From an uncultured Lachnospiraceae bacterium (lineage in GTDB: Bacteria; Bacillota; Clostridia; Christensenellales; UBA1242), in assembly GCA_964393975.1 (NCBI GenBank), contig CAYMVO010000003.1, positions 11,760 to 75,759 on the forward strand: a DNA stretch of 64,000 nt, written 5' to 3'. Below, one piece after another: positions 30,239-41,102 of the stretch. Position 1 is the first letter of the stretch. Each line of letters starts with the position of its first letter. The notes under the pieces are model-generated. The model was given only the letters and a program-made list of their open reading frames with translations, was not told the DNA's origin and searched no databases. The position numbers and the translations under genes are program-made.

Positions 30239-30967
30239 TTAGATGGTAGGGACAAAGTTTTCAAAAATGATATTGTCGCAACAACCTGCTATCTTTAGGT
30301 AATCACTTTGACTATTTACAGTCCAAGCAAGAAGTGGTAACTCTTTATGCTTTTTGACATAGCGATTAGGTAGGTCTTGAGCGTTGTAACTAATAAAATC
30401 AGGTCTAGCAATCTTATTGAAAAACATTCTCTTTAAAAAGTATTTTCTAAATATAGACATCTTAGTACCTTTAAAGAAACTAGATAATTGACCACGCAAG
30501 ACTTGTGGTGCATTATGAGCGAACCACTCTAAGACGTAAGGGTTAAAACTTTGAATAGCGTATTCACCTTTGTAATCTTTTAGTAGTCGTAGTAGCGCGG
30601 ACTCTAATTCGCCAACCTTACTACCGCTATTTTTTATCTCAATCAAGATTGGCGTCTTGCCGTCAATAGCACTTAGGACTTCCTCTAGTGTAGGAATGGT
30701 GTATTTTGTGTTTAAAATATGGCAAGAGGATAAATCTTCCTTTTTAAGGTTTTTCAAATAGCCATCCTTGCCCGTAAGCCTACAAAGTCTATCATCGTGA
30801 AAAACGACGATAGTACCATCGGATATTTGCTGAACATCTAGCTCTACAGCAAAACCATTTTCCACCGCAAGATTGAACGCTCCTAAAGTATTTTCAGGGT
30901 TTTCATCATTATGAAATCCTCTATGTGCGATATATTTATTAACTAACCAACTATCAAATAAACTCAT
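30239..30967 (-). CDS. Glycerophosphodiester phosphodiesterase family
   Basis: IAHRG, PENTL, VELDV, VFHD, IEIK, QSFNP. Confidence 0.92.
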   Translation of the reverse strand: MSLFDSWLVNKYIAHRGFHNDENPENTLGAFNLAVENGFAVELDVQQISDGTIVVFHDDRLCRLTGKDGYLKNLKKEDLSSCHILNTKYTIPTLEEVLSAIDGKTPILIEIKNSGSKVGELESALLRLLKDYKGEYAIQSFNPYVLEWFAHNAPQVLRGQLSSFFKGTKMSIFRKYFLKRMFFNKIARPDFISYNAQDLPNRYVKKHKELPLLAWTVNSQSDYLKIAGCCDNIIFENFVPTI

Positions 30968-31156
30968 ATTTTATACCTCTTTATGCTAAATTAAAGGTTT
31001 ATGTGTTTATTATAACATATTTTTTTTAAAATTACTAGCATTTTAAGGTAAAAATAAATTGCCTTTTGATATTTTTATGATATACTAAATAAGAAACAAT
31101 TAATGGCTTGATGTTTTTAATTATAAGCGTTAAGAAAAATTTATTTAGGGATTTGT

Positions 31157-32950
31157 ATGAGAGATTTGAGCAAGATTAGAAATTTTTGTATAGTAGCACA
31201 TATAGACCACGGGAAAAGCACACTAGCGGATAGACTCATTGAGTATACTGGGACTGTGTCAAAGCGTGATATGAGCGAGCAACTATTAGATAGTATGGAC
31301 TTGGAAAAGGAGCACGGCATCACTATAAAACTAACTCCTACTAGAATGAAGTACAACTATAATGGTGAGGAGTATGTTTTAAACCTTATTGATACACCTG
31401 GACACGTAGATTTTACTTATGAGGTCAGTCGTTCGCTTGTGGCGTGTGAGGGCGCGATACTGATTGTGGACGCTTCGCAAGGTGTGGAGGCGCAAACGCT
31501 CGCAAATGTTTATTTGGCATTAGATAACAATCTAGAAGTCTTGCCAGTGATAAACAAGATAGACTTACCGAGTGCTAGACCTAGTGAGGTCAAAAAAGAG
31601 ATAGAGGACATCATAGGTATACCTGCAGATGATGCACCGCTAATTAGTGCTAAAACAGGTCTAAATATTGATGATGTTTTGAGGCAAGTCGTAGAAAAAA
31701 TACCCGCTCCAAAGGGAGAGTTTGATGCACCGCTTAAGGCGCTTATATTTGATAGTTATTATGACAATTATAAAGGCGCTGTGTGTATGGTGCGTGTGTT
31801 TGACGGTAGCGTAAAGGTGGGCGACTTAATAAAAATGTGTAGCAGTGGCAAGACATTTGAGGTGACCGAGGTCGGATATTTTGTGCCAAAAGCGAGCGCT
31901 GTAGATGTGCTAGAGTGCGGTGATGTTGGGTATATCTGTGCGAGTATAAAAAACGTGAGCGAGTGCAAGGTGGGTGACACTGTGACGCTTGCAAACAATC
32001 CGACTGAGCATCCGCTAGCGGGATACAAGCAAGTGCAACCTGTGGTATTTAGTGGTGTGTTTTTGGTGGATGGTAGTAGGTTTAACGATCTAAAAGACGC
32101 GCTCGAAAAACTTAGACTAAACGATGCGTCGCTAACCTTTGAACCAGAAGTGAGTACTGCGCTTGGATATGGGTTTAGATGCGGTTTTTTGGGACTACTG
32201 CATTTGGAGATTATAACCGAGAGACTAGAGCGAGAGTTTAATTTGGATATTATCACGACTGCACCGAGTGTTAGTTATAGGATACTCACGACCAAAAACG
32301 AGGAACTTATGATTAGTAATCCGTGTAGTCTTCCTTCGCCTCAAGAAATCGCCGTTTGGGAGGAACCTATCGTAAAATTAGAGGTCTACACTCCACCTGA
32401 ATATGTGGGTGCGGTGATGACTCTTTGTCAAGACAAACGTGGCGAATACAAAGATATGCAATATATCGACGCTAGTCGTGTGAGATTAAATTATATTATG
32501 CCACTTAACGAGATAGTGTATGACTTTTTTGATAACTTAAAATCTCGCACTCGAGGTTATGCGAGTCTAGACTACGAACTCGCTGGGTACAAGGAGAGCG
32601 ATTTGGTGAGAATGGATATTTTGCTAAATGGCGAAGTGTGTGATGCGCTTAGTCTCATAGTGCATAGAGACAAGGCATACGCAAGAGGTAGGGGTATTGT
32701 AGAGAAACTAAAAGAAATCATACCTCGTCAGTTGTTTGAAGTGCCTATTCAAGCGTCTATTGGCAATAAAGTCATTGCGAGAGAGACGGTAAAAGCGATG
32801 CGTAAAGATGTGCTCGCGAAGTGTTATGGCGGTGATATTACTCGTAAGCGTAAATTATTAGAAAAGCAGAAAGAGGGCAAGAAGAGGATGCGTAAGGTGG
32901 GTAGTGTGGAACTACCTAGCGAGGCGTTTATCAGTATTCTTAAGATATAA
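31157..32950 (+). CDS. lepA: Elongation factor 4
   Basis: [56 protein letters not shown]. Confidence 0.99.
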   Translation: MRDLSKIRNFCIVAHIDHGKSTLADRLIEYTGTVSKRDMSEQLLDSMDLEKEHGITIKLTPTRMKYNYNGEEYVLNLIDTPGHVDFTYEVSRSLVACEGAILIVDASQGVEAQTLANVYLALDNNLEVLPVINKIDLPSARPSEVKKEIEDIIGIPADDAPLISAKTGLNIDDVLRQVVEKIPAPKGEFDAPLKALIFDSYYDNYKGAVCMVRVFDGSVKVGDLIKMCSSGKTFEVTEVGYFVPKASAVDVLECGDVGYICASIKNVSECKVGDTVTLANNPTEHPLAGYKQVQPVVFSGVFLVDGSRFNDLKDALEKLRLNDASLTFEPEVSTALGYGFRCGFLGLLHLEIITERLEREFNLDIITTAPSVSYRILTTKNEELMISNPCSLPSPQEIAVWEEPIVKLEVYTPPEYVGAVMTLCQDKRGEYKDMQYIDASRVRLNYIMPLNEIVYDFFDNLKSRTRGYASLDYELAGYKESDLVRMDILLNGEVCDALSLIVHRDKAYARGRGIVEKLKEIIPRQLFEVPIQASIGNKVIARETVKAMRKDVLAKCYGGDITRKRKLLEKQKEGKKRMRKVGSVELPSEAFISILKI

Positions 32951-32951
32951 T

Positions 32952-34028
32952 ATGGCGTCTATTTATATACATATTCCTTTTTGTGAGAGGAAATGCAAGT
33001 ATTGTAGTTTTGTTAGTTACGAAAAATGTAATTTATTAGATAGATACATTGAGTCTTTGTTGGATGAGATAAGGTCAACGAAAAGGGTAGAGGTCGATAC
33101 GATTTATATAGGTGGCGGGACACCTAGTTTGCTTAGCGGAGAGCAGTTGAGTAAGATTTTGAGCGTTATAAGGCAAGAACATAATGTAAGGGGTGACGCG
33201 GAAATTAGTATTGAGTGCAATCCTAACTCTATTACAAGAGATAAACTACTTGCGTACAAGTCGTGTGGGGTGAATAGGGTAAGCGTTGGCGTGCAAAGTC
33301 TAAATGACAAGGTATTAGATAGTATTGGCAGGTTGCATACGGGAGAAGTGGCTTTAAATACTCTAAGGCTTTTATGTGAAATATTTGATAATGTTAGTGC
33401 TGATTTGATCATAGGATTACCATATCAGAGCAAGAGTCAAGTGATAGATGACATTAAAAAGATTGCACCTTTTGTCACGCACTTTAGCGTGTATAGTCTA
33501 ATGCTGGAGAGCGGAACAAAATTGTTTGATGAGGTAGAAAAAGGTGATTTGAGTCTACCAAACGAGGATGCCGTGGTGGATATGTACGATAGTGCGGTGG
33601 CGGTGCTAAAAGATTTAGGGTTTGATAGATACGAGGTGAGCAACTTTGGTCAAAAATGCGAGCATAATTTGGCGTATTGGACTCAAAAAGATTATTACGG
33701 GTTTGGCGTGGCGAGTCATAGCTATGTAAAAGGGGTGAGGTATTGCAATACCGAAAGTCTAGAGGCGTATTTGTCGGGGGAGCGTATTTTGGATAGTTAC
33801 ACGGTCGGTGAAAATGAGTCTAGAGAAGAGTACATTATGCTAAGGATGAGGCTGGCGGAAGGGTTTTTGATAAAAGATTATTTTGAAAGGTTTGGCGTTT
33901 TGCCACCTATGGACAAAGTAGAGGAGATGAAAAAACAAGGTTTGGTGGTGGAAGCGCGTGGGGCTTTGAGGGCGACTGAGTTGGGCTTTCATTTATTAAA
34001 TCATATCATTTTAAAGCTATTAGATTGA
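32952..34028 (+). CDS. hemW: Radical SAM heme chaperone HemW (HemN-like)
   Basis: YIHIPFCERKCKYC, GGGTPS, EVSNF, HNLAYW; follows lepA. Confidence 0.9.
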   Translation: MASIYIHIPFCERKCKYCSFVSYEKCNLLDRYIESLLDEIRSTKRVEVDTIYIGGGTPSLLSGEQLSKILSVIRQEHNVRGDAEISIECNPNSITRDKLLAYKSCGVNRVSVGVQSLNDKVLDSIGRLHTGEVALNTLRLLCEIFDNVSADLIIGLPYQSKSQVIDDIKKIAPFVTHFSVYSLMLESGTKLFDEVEKGDLSLPNEDAVVDMYDSAVAVLKDLGFDRYEVSNFGQKCEHNLAYWTQKDYYGFGVASHSYVKGVRYCNTESLEAYLSGERILDSYTVGENESREEYIMLRMRLAEGFLIKDYFERFGVLPPMDKVEEMKKQGLVVEARGALRATELGFHLLNHIILKLLD

Positions 34029-34117
34029 CTTTTTTTGGTAAATAAAAGTTTTTAAGGCGTAAAGTAAATATTTTTAATAGCAATGAATAAACTACCTTAT
34101 GTATAAAGGAGTAGTTT

Positions 34118-34834
34118 ATGTTGGAATTTACTTTGGTAATGACAGGGGTGGATGATATTACGCTAGAGCAAGAACGTTCATTATTACATAACAAAGTGCG
34201 AGATAAAGGTGGCATTTTTTCTACACTCGTTATGGATAAAGACATCTATTTTTTGATAGCGAGTAATAAAAATGAAGATTTGATTTTAGAGGATATTACT
34301 CAAACTATTATAAATAGTATCAAGTCTTTCAAGACGAGTTTTGTAAAAGAACATATCAATTTTAAAACTAAAAACAAGATGAAATTATCAGCACTTGTAA
34401 AGGCGCTAGTAAATTTTGATATGGGTAGTGACGCGAAGGTGATAAGGTATAAACTACTACTCAAAAACGAACTCAATTTGTATTCGTTTTATAGATTTAG
34501 ATTGAAAGATTTGGTGGATAAGTGGAGTCAACTCGTAGATATAACAAATCAAAATGTCGGGTTTTTGGGCTTTGATGAGACGTATATTGATATTATTCGG
34601 TTTTTAGTGGACGGTATATCGGTAGGTGAAGAACTTAAAGCGTTTATGCAAGATAAGGTGGTAAGCTTTTATAATAAAAACGACGAACTATTAAAAGAAT
34701 ACAGTTTTGATATGGAGCGATTTTTTGATGAACTCATATCGCATAATCCTAGCAAACTCACTATACACGGGTTTAGTGGAGATGTGAACGAGTTTTTGAT
34801 GCAATTATTTGCGGATAGAGTAAAAATTTCTTAA
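34118..34834 (+). CDS. YtxC-like sporulation protein
   Basis: LNLYSFYRFRLK...YIDIIRFLV resembles YtxC; same position upstream of thrS as in Bacillus/Clostridium. Confidence 0.65.
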   Translation: MLEFTLVMTGVDDITLEQERSLLHNKVRDKGGIFSTLVMDKDIYFLIASNKNEDLILEDITQTIINSIKSFKTSFVKEHINFKTKNKMKLSALVKALVNFDMGSDAKVIRYKLLLKNELNLYSFYRFRLKDLVDKWSQLVDITNQNVGFLGFDETYIDIIRFLVDGISVGEELKAFMQDKVVSFYNKNDELLKEYSFDMERFFDELISHNPSKLTIHGFSGDVNEFLMQLFADRVKIS

Positions 34835-34841
34835 AAAATCA

Positions 34842-34870
34842 TTGGCAACATATTAGCGTGGTAGTATAAT
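34842..34870 (+). promoter_or_regulatory. SigA promoter of thrS leader
   Basis: TTGGCA, 17 nt, TATAAT. Confidence 0.7.
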
Positions 34871-34899
34871 GGTATTAGAAACATATTGGCATTTGCTAT

Positions 34900-35132
34900 T
34901 AAGCATAAGCAAGATCCAAGTAGTCTATAACAATCTTTTGAACTAGAGATGCGCGTTCGTGGGCTGAAAGACTCGCACAAAAGGTTATAGGTGAAACCAC
35001 TTTTTGCCAGCCAACGCCCGAACTGTTTAGCGTTATAGACACAAATAAGGCTCGCTATTTAGCGAGTGAAATAAGGTGGAACCACGGTTATATATCGTCC
35101 TTAAAGTAGAATATACTTTTTGGGCGTTTTTT
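34900..35132 (+). promoter_or_regulatory. T-box riboswitch, Thr specifier (ACC)
   Basis: Stem I with AGTA/GAA loop E, AGAGA bulge, GCTGAAA loop; specifier ACC at 34996-98; T-box AAGGTGGAACCACG at 35073-86; terminator CGTCC/GGGCG plus T run. Confidence 0.92.
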
Positions 35133-35164
35133 GTTTCTATAAAAATAATAAGGAGATTTATATT

Positions 35165-35785
35165 ATGGATGAAAAAGAATTGCAAAAATTAGAAGAAAAG
35201 AAGCAAAAAGAGATGACCGCTCGCCATACTATGAGTCACGTGCTTGCGGGTGCTATCAAGTCTATCTTTGGCGATGTCAAGTTTGGTATCGGTCCTGCTA
35301 TTGAGGATGGTTTTTACTATGACTTTGATATGGAACACGCCTTAAATGAGGAAGATTTTGACGCTATTGATAAAAAAATGCGTGAATTGGTCGAACAAAA
35401 TTTGGATATGGTGCGTGAGGAGGTCTCTAGAGAAAAGGCGCTTATGATGTTTAGTGACCAACCGTACAAGGTGGAGTTGATTAAAGATTTGCCAGAAGAT
35501 GAAGTTATTTCCGTTTATCATTTGGGAGATGTGTTTACCGATTTGTGTCGTGGTCCGCTTAGAGCAAAAGGTTATAGAGTAGAAAAAGATTTTAGAAATG
35601 AAAAGATTGGATACAAAATCCGTGAAGCAGTCAAAATGAAAATACCTTATATGGTAATTATTGGCGATAATGAAATGAATAATAATACCATTAGCATTAG
35701 AAAGCGTGGAAACGAAAGTATTAACGATATTACTTTTGATGACTTGTGCTTAAGTATAGATAAAGACATAGAGAATAAGATATAA
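35165..35785 (+). pseudogene. thrS: Threonyl-tRNA synthetase with catalytic domain deleted in frame (editing domain fused to anticodon-binding domain)
   Basis: RHTMSH...GFYYDF...DLCRGP joined directly to LRAKGYRV.KDFRNEKIGYKIRE...PYMVIIGD; junction near 35557; no class II motifs. Confidence 0.8.
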
Positions 35786-36074
35786 TCTATTATGGCATTA
35801 GACTTTTTAGTCTAGTGCTTTTTTGCTATTTAAATGAGAAAATCACCTTAAACGATTAAATAGTGTAATCTTGTGTATCATTTTTAGAGGGGCATCTTGA
35901 GTATGCGATTAGTACTGCTAAAAAACATAATGTAAATTTAACTTATTTAAATGAGTCGTTTGAAGTCTGATTGTTGTATTATTTGACTAGTATGGCGAGT
36001 GAAAATCTAACTAGAAAAACTTTTATAAAGAAATCAATTATTGAATGAAAATGTAGAAAATTTTTGATATTTGC

Positions 36075-36103
36075 TTGCGTAATTGTAAATAATAAGATAT
36101 AAT
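36075..36103 (+). promoter_or_regulatory. SigA promoter upstream of surface protein (~180-nt leader)
   Basis: TTGCGT, 17 nt, TATAAT. Confidence 0.55.
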
Positions 36104-36289
36104 CAAATAGTAAGAAAGAGTACGTGGTATTTGCGGGCTTTTTATCAGAGTTCTAGCGGTGGGAAAAATGATAATCTTTAGGCGAAATTATTTAATTTTT
36201 ACATATTTTAAATTCAAATAATTTTCTATATGACATGTAAAATGTCATTACATTAATAAATCTATCTAAAATCTTTTTGAGGTGAATGT

Positions 36290-39200
36290 ATGCGATTTCA
36301 AAGAATAATAAAAACTATTATCGGTATCATTATTATTATCGGTATATTAGTGGGAATGGGGTACGGCGTCAGCACGCTACTCAATAACGATAAATCGGCG
36401 TTTTATTTTGAGGTAAACCCTAATGGCGAAGTTATGGAAGAAGTCGTTGTAGATGATATTATTGTCGACAAGGGGACCAAGATTATTTTACCTACTCCAG
36501 AGAGAGTTGGATATACTTTTGATGGTTGGTATTTTGATAGAGATTACTCAGGCGGGTATTATAGAGGCGGAGAAGAGATTTCCTCAGATAGTAGCAAGAC
36601 GCAACTCTATGCAAAGTGGAGTGTAAAAAAGTTTACGGTCGTGATTTATAACGAGTTTAATGATAGCCAAACTAAGTACACTGAAAATGTTAGTTATCAA
36701 AAAAGCATTTACTTAGACCGCTACATATCTCAAAACGAAGAGCTAGGATATACTTATAGTTGGAAAGATGCAAGTGGTGTGATTATTAGTGAGGCGAATG
36801 TCGTTATTACGGGCGATTGTACATTTACCCGTGTGAGAGAAGTGAAAGTGTACAATCTTAGGTATATTTACGAAGCAGATAACGAAGACGTCGTCTTGGG
36901 CGAGGACAGGTTGTCGTTTGGTAAATCATTTGATTTTAGCAATATCGATATGCAAAGAGTGGGATATTCATTTAAGGATAAATGCACACTCAAAAATGGT
37001 ACCGAGATAGCTAGTGGTACTTTGCTAGATAAGAGCATTATTAAAGGTGTTTATAACGATACTATAGTATTGTATCCTGTGTATGAGATTATGAAGTTTA
37101 GTGTAAAATTTTACACTTATGATGACGCTCTTTTGAGTACATTGAGTTATGATTACAATTCGTTATTGGCGCAAGATGATTTAAGCCGTATTGAGTCAAA
37201 TGCGACTTTGACTCGTGACCATTATGTATTTAAAGGGTGGTCGTACAAAGGTCAATTATTAGAAGATATTAGCACTTTTAGGATACCGACGGAAGATGTC
37301 GATTTGGTAGCGACTTATGAAAAGGAAAAATACGAGATAAAGTATTTTATTAGTGTAGGTGAGACAAAATATTTTGATACTATTACAAAGGAGTATGGAG
37401 ATAGTCTAGTAGGTACTATTCCGACCGATGAACAAATTGCGACTTTGATAGGTGATGATAGCAAGGCGTATGAGTTTTATGGGCTAAAGTATAATAATGT
37501 GACCTACGATAAAGAGACTTTTGAGCAAACATTTACTTCGGCAAATAATATGGAAATAGAAGTCTTACTCAATCAGACAAAATTAATTATCAAATATTTT
37601 GCCGGCGATGGTGAGACGATTTACAAAAAGTCATTTTTGGATATAGACTCACAAATAATTCTTCCAGATACCCCTACTAGCGAGTATGCCCCTAAGACCT
37701 CTGATACGGACACCTCGTACGTGTTTGGTGGTTGGATACTCAAAGATGGAACGGCTTTTGATGAAAGCTTTGATTTGAGTACTATAAACGGCAGTTTAGA
37801 TGTATATAGCGAATGGTTTGAGTATAATCAAAATAAATGGAAAGCAGGTCTAAATAGCGATGGTGTTACCGCTTATGTAGTGGAGTATTTAGGTGATTAT
37901 AAGAATGTTTGCGTGCCTAGTCAAGTGTTATTAAATTTTAATCCTTACAAGGTAACGACGATTGGCGACGAAAGTATCAATGGTGCGGTAGGTAACATTG
38001 AAGGTAGAAAAATATTAATCAGATCTAATATAACAACTATTGCTTATCGTGCTTTCTTTAACATAGAAAATACGAGCATTATATTTGACGATGACGACTC
38101 AAATAATAGTCTCAGTATCGGCGAGATGGCGTTTGGTAGTTTGACCGAAGCTGGAACGCAAAAATCAATCAAATCTATCACATTACCTAAGAGGACTACT
38201 AGCGTAGATTCACTTGCGTTTGGTTCGGCGATTAGTCTTGAACGAGTTGATGTGGTGAGTGGGTGTGAAAATTACAAGTCGGTCGACGGTGTACTCTATG
38301 AGGTTAATGGAAAAGATGTGATTCTTCACACCTATCCTCACGCTAAAAGTGGGACAGAGTTTGTAGTACCTAGTGACGTCACTAAGATTGGCGATAATGG
38401 ATTTTATTATTATAATGGCACAAACGCTATAGAAAGTACTTTAGAGGTGGTAAAGACTAGCAAAACTACCGCACTCAAGACTATCGGTGAAAATTCGTTT
38501 AAAAACGCTACAAACCTCACTCGTGTAGACTTTTCTACCGCACCGATAGATACGATTGGGGCATCTGCTTTTGAGGGGTGTTTTAATGATTGCTCTTCGC
38601 ACGAATTATTGTTTAATCCTACCTGTAAAATACTAAGAGTCGGCGCAAGTGCATTTAAAAATTGTTATTTTGTCACTAAGATTAGTATCGATTTGTCTAA
38701 TCTACAAGAAATTGGCGAGAGCGCGTTTTATTTTCTTGCGGGGAAGGTCGCAGTCAATAACACTCTTGAATTAGTAGAGGAAGATCTAAGCGTCACACTA
38801 AAAGATTTGACTAATATTCCAAATTATGCTTTTTGTAATAGTCAGTTATTCCTTACCATAATTGACACTAAAGATGTGACTATAGGTGAGAGCGCGTTTG
38901 GTAAAAGTATTATCAAAAGTGCTGTGTTTAATGGCAAGCTCACTTTGGGCGATTATGCTTTTAGTGAGGCGAGGATTGATTATATTCAGTTTGACCACGT
39001 TGAAGACATAAAAATTAATATGTTTGAGTATACGAGTGTAACCTCTATAAAGGTTGACTATCTAAAGAATGTGGAATATGTAAACGGTAAGCTTAGTGTG
39101 TTTTATAATAATAAGTCTTTGAAGACGTTTGTTTTTGGAGAGAATTGTTCTGTAGATGCTTTGACTCCGCTTTTGTTTTCAGGATGTATAAGTCTTGAAA

Positions 39201-39940
39201 GTGTAACGCTACCTAAAGATATTGAAGTGATACCAGCTTACGTTTTTTATGGTTGTGAAAGTTTGATTATAGATATACCTGAGAGCGTGAAAGCTATCGA
39301 GGGAGGTGCGTTTTATGGTTGTAAAAAAATAGAACGTCTAGACCTTACTCTTACGAGTTTATCAAGTGATGCGTTTAATGAGACGGGTTTGAAATATGTT
39401 TACATCAAATTTGTCGGGGATAATTGTAGTATGTCAGGAGCGTTTGTCGGTTGTACTAGTCTTAAGACTATTATTTTGGATGGAAAGGTGCCAGTGTTTG
39501 AATGTAAAAGTAGCGTGAGTTTGTATCTATTTTATAAGATAACTCCTATGAAGATTTACATTCCTCAAGGCACAAAGGCGGAGTATTTGGCTATAGATAA
39601 ATGGGTAGAGTACGAGGAGTATTTGACCGAGGTGGATCTATCAAGTGGTATGGTAAAAGATAACGGCAAACTACTAAAAGTCATTTCAAACATAGACACT
39701 ATTACTGTACCAAATGATGTGACAGCGTTAAGTGATTATGCGTTTAGTGGGTTGAGTAATTTAAAGGTCTTAAATCTAAATACGACTAGCGTGCTAACTG
39801 CAAGCGATATAACATATTTATTTGACGATGTAAATACTGATACTCTAGTCATCAAGGTACCTAATGATTTACTAGACGCTTATAAATCATCGACCTTTTG
39901 GGCGTCTTATATAAATAACTTTGTAGGAGTAGATTTTTAG
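36290..39940 (+). CDS. Large surface protein: N-terminal anchor, InlB B (Listeria-Bacteroides) repeats, BspA-type leucine-rich repeats
   Basis: Repeated PTPERVGYTFDGWY...LYAKW-type units; many IG..AF..C..L LRR units in the C-terminal half. Confidence 0.88.
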   Translation: MRFQRIIKTIIGIIIIIGILVGMGYGVSTLLNNDKSAFYFEVNPNGEVMEEVVVDDIIVDKGTKIILPTPERVGYTFDGWYFDRDYSGGYYRGGEEISSDSSKTQLYAKWSVKKFTVVIYNEFNDSQTKYTENVSYQKSIYLDRYISQNEELGYTYSWKDASGVIISEANVVITGDCTFTRVREVKVYNLRYIYEADNEDVVLGEDRLSFGKSFDFSNIDMQRVGYSFKDKCTLKNGTEIASGTLLDKSIIKGVYNDTIVLYPVYEIMKFSVKFYTYDDALLSTLSYDYNSLLAQDDLSRIESNATLTRDHYVFKGWSYKGQLLEDISTFRIPTEDVDLVATYEKEKYEIKYFISVGETKYFDTITKEYGDSLVGTIPTDEQIATLIGDDSKAYEFYGLKYNNVTYDKETFEQTFTSANNMEIEVLLNQTKLIIKYFAGDGETIYKKSFLDIDSQIILPDTPTSEYAPKTSDTDTSYVFGGWILKDGTAFDESFDLSTINGSLDVYSEWFEYNQNKWKAGLNSDGVTAYVVEYLGDYKNVCVPSQVLLNFNPYKVTTIGDESINGAVGNIEGRKILIRSNITTIAYRAFFNIENTSIIFDDDDSNNSLSIGEMAFGSLTEAGTQKSIKSITLPKRTTSVDSLAFGSAISLERVDVVSGCENYKSVDGVLYEVNGKDVILHTYPHAKSGTEFVVPSDVTKIGDNGFYYYNGTNAIESTLEVVKTSKTTALKTIGENSFKNATNLTRVDFSTAPIDTIGASAFEGCFNDCSSHELLFNPTCKILRVGASAFKNCYFVTKISIDLSNLQEIGESAFYFLAGKVAVNNTLELVEEDLSVTLKDLTNIPNYAFCNSQLFLTIIDTKDVTIGESAFGKSIIKSAVFNGKLTLGDYAFSEARIDYIQFDHVEDIKINMFEYTSVTSIKVDYLKNVEYVNGKLSVFYNNKSLKTFVFGENCSVDALTPLLFSGCISLESVTLPKDIEVIPAYVFYGCESLIIDIPESVKAIEGGAFYGCKKIERLDLTLTSLSSDAFNETGLKYVYIKFVGDNCSMSGAFVGCTSLKTIILDGKVPVFECKSSVSLYLFYKITPMKIYIPQGTKAEYLAIDKWVEYEEYLTEVDLSSGMVKDNGKLLKVISNIDTITVPNDVTALSDYAFSGLSNLKVLNLNTTSVLTASDITYLFDDVNTDTLVIKVPNDLLDAYKSSTFWASYINNFVGVDF

Positions 39941-40494
39941 TGCGAACTGTTAGCAAAAATGGTGAATCTAGCATCACTGTAGAAAGGTCAAAGTTTTTAG
40001 GTCACTGCATAAGTGTATCTAGTGAGACGGAGGCGGAAAAGTTTATTATAGACCTAAAGCGTAAAAATCCGCAAGCAAGACATATAGTCTATGTATACAA
40101 GATAGAACCAAACATAATAAAAAAATACAATAGCACCGAACCTAGCGGTACGGGTGCACCACCTATTTTAGGACTGATTGAGCGTAAAGGACTCACTAAT
40201 ATACTAGTCGCGGTGGTGAGGTATTTTGGTGGAGTGTTACTCGGTACGGGTGGGTTGGTTCGCGCGTATAGCGAGGCTAGCGAACTAGCGATACAAAGCG
40301 CAGGCGAAAAAGAATTGACTAAGTACTACAAGTTTGAAGTGACCGTACCTTATAATAGAGTGAGTGAAGTAGAGGATAGTGATGTGATGATTTTGGATAG
40401 AGTCTATGCGGAAAATGTCATTTATAAGATAGCTAGCATTAGTAAAAACATACCTTTTGATGATGCAATAAATGAAGGTGAAATATGGCTGTAG
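39940..40494 (+). CDS. YigZ/IMPACT family protein
   Basis: VERSKFLG, ARH, EPSGTGAPP, VVRYFGGVLLGTGGLVRAY. Confidence 0.93.
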   Translation: MRTVSKNGESSITVERSKFLGHCISVSSETEAEKFIIDLKRKNPQARHIVYVYKIEPNIIKKYNSTEPSGTGAPPILGLIERKGLTNILVAVVRYFGGVLLGTGGLVRAYSEASELAIQSAGEKELTKYYKFEVTVPYNRVSEVEDSDVMILDRVYAENVIYKIASISKNIPFDDAINEGEIWL

Positions 40495-41102
40495 TAACAA
40501 GATTAGAAAAGACAAATAAAAACAAAGGTAGTATGTACAAACTATTTGTAGATGAAAATGAGATTGCACTAGTGCATATTGAAGTGATTGTCAAAAACGG
40601 AATGTTTGTCGGTAAAGAGGTCGATGTCGACACTTTAAAAGAGCTTGTTTTTGAGTCAAACAAAGTGGTTGCTTTTGAGCTGGCGTTAAAGTATTTGTCC
40701 AAGTCTATGAAAACGGAAAAGGATATTTATACAAACCTCAAACAAAAGGGTTTTGATGATAGGACTACTAAAAGCGCTATCCTAAAACTAAAAGAGTATG
40801 GTTATATAAATGATTATAATTATGCAAAATATTATATCAATAGTACCAAAACAAAAGGTCAATATAGGCTAAAGGCAGAGCTAAAACTCAAAGGTGTCGA
40901 TGAGACAATTATTCAAGATTTGCTAGATGATATCGATGAGAATGAGACCATTGAAAATATAGAAAAGCTTGCGGATAGATATATGAAAAGTAAAGAGACT
41001 AATCAAAAAAATTTGCAAAAACTATATCAATTTCTCGCTAGGCGTGGATATGGAAACGAAGATATTATGAGAGTGATAAATAAATTCCGGGAGGATGAAT
41101 AA
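40485..41102 (+). CDS. recX: Regulatory protein RecX
   Basis: KLKEYGYINDYNYAKYY, LKAELKLKGV, LYQFLARRGY. Confidence 0.9.
   Translation: MAVVTRLEKTNKNKGSMYKLFVDENEIALVHIEVIVKNGMFVGKEVDVDTLKELVFESNKVVAFELALKYLSKSMKTEKDIYTNLKQKGFDDRTTKSAILKLKEYGYINDYNYAKYYINSTKTKGQYRLKAELKLKGVDETIIQDLLDDIDENETIENIEKLADRYMKSKETNQKNLQKLYQFLARRGYGNEDIMRVINKFREDE

Noticed and set aside
35860-35970. Short reading frame LEGHLEYAISTAKKHNVNLTYLNESFEV
   Set aside because: No start or RBS and under 35 codons; cannot be supported as a gene or assigned as a remnant.
36110-36190. Second T-box riboswitch
   Set aside because: No T-box GGTGG-N-ACC-C-G antiterminator or terminator, and stem I pairing next to the AGTA/GAA motif does not form.
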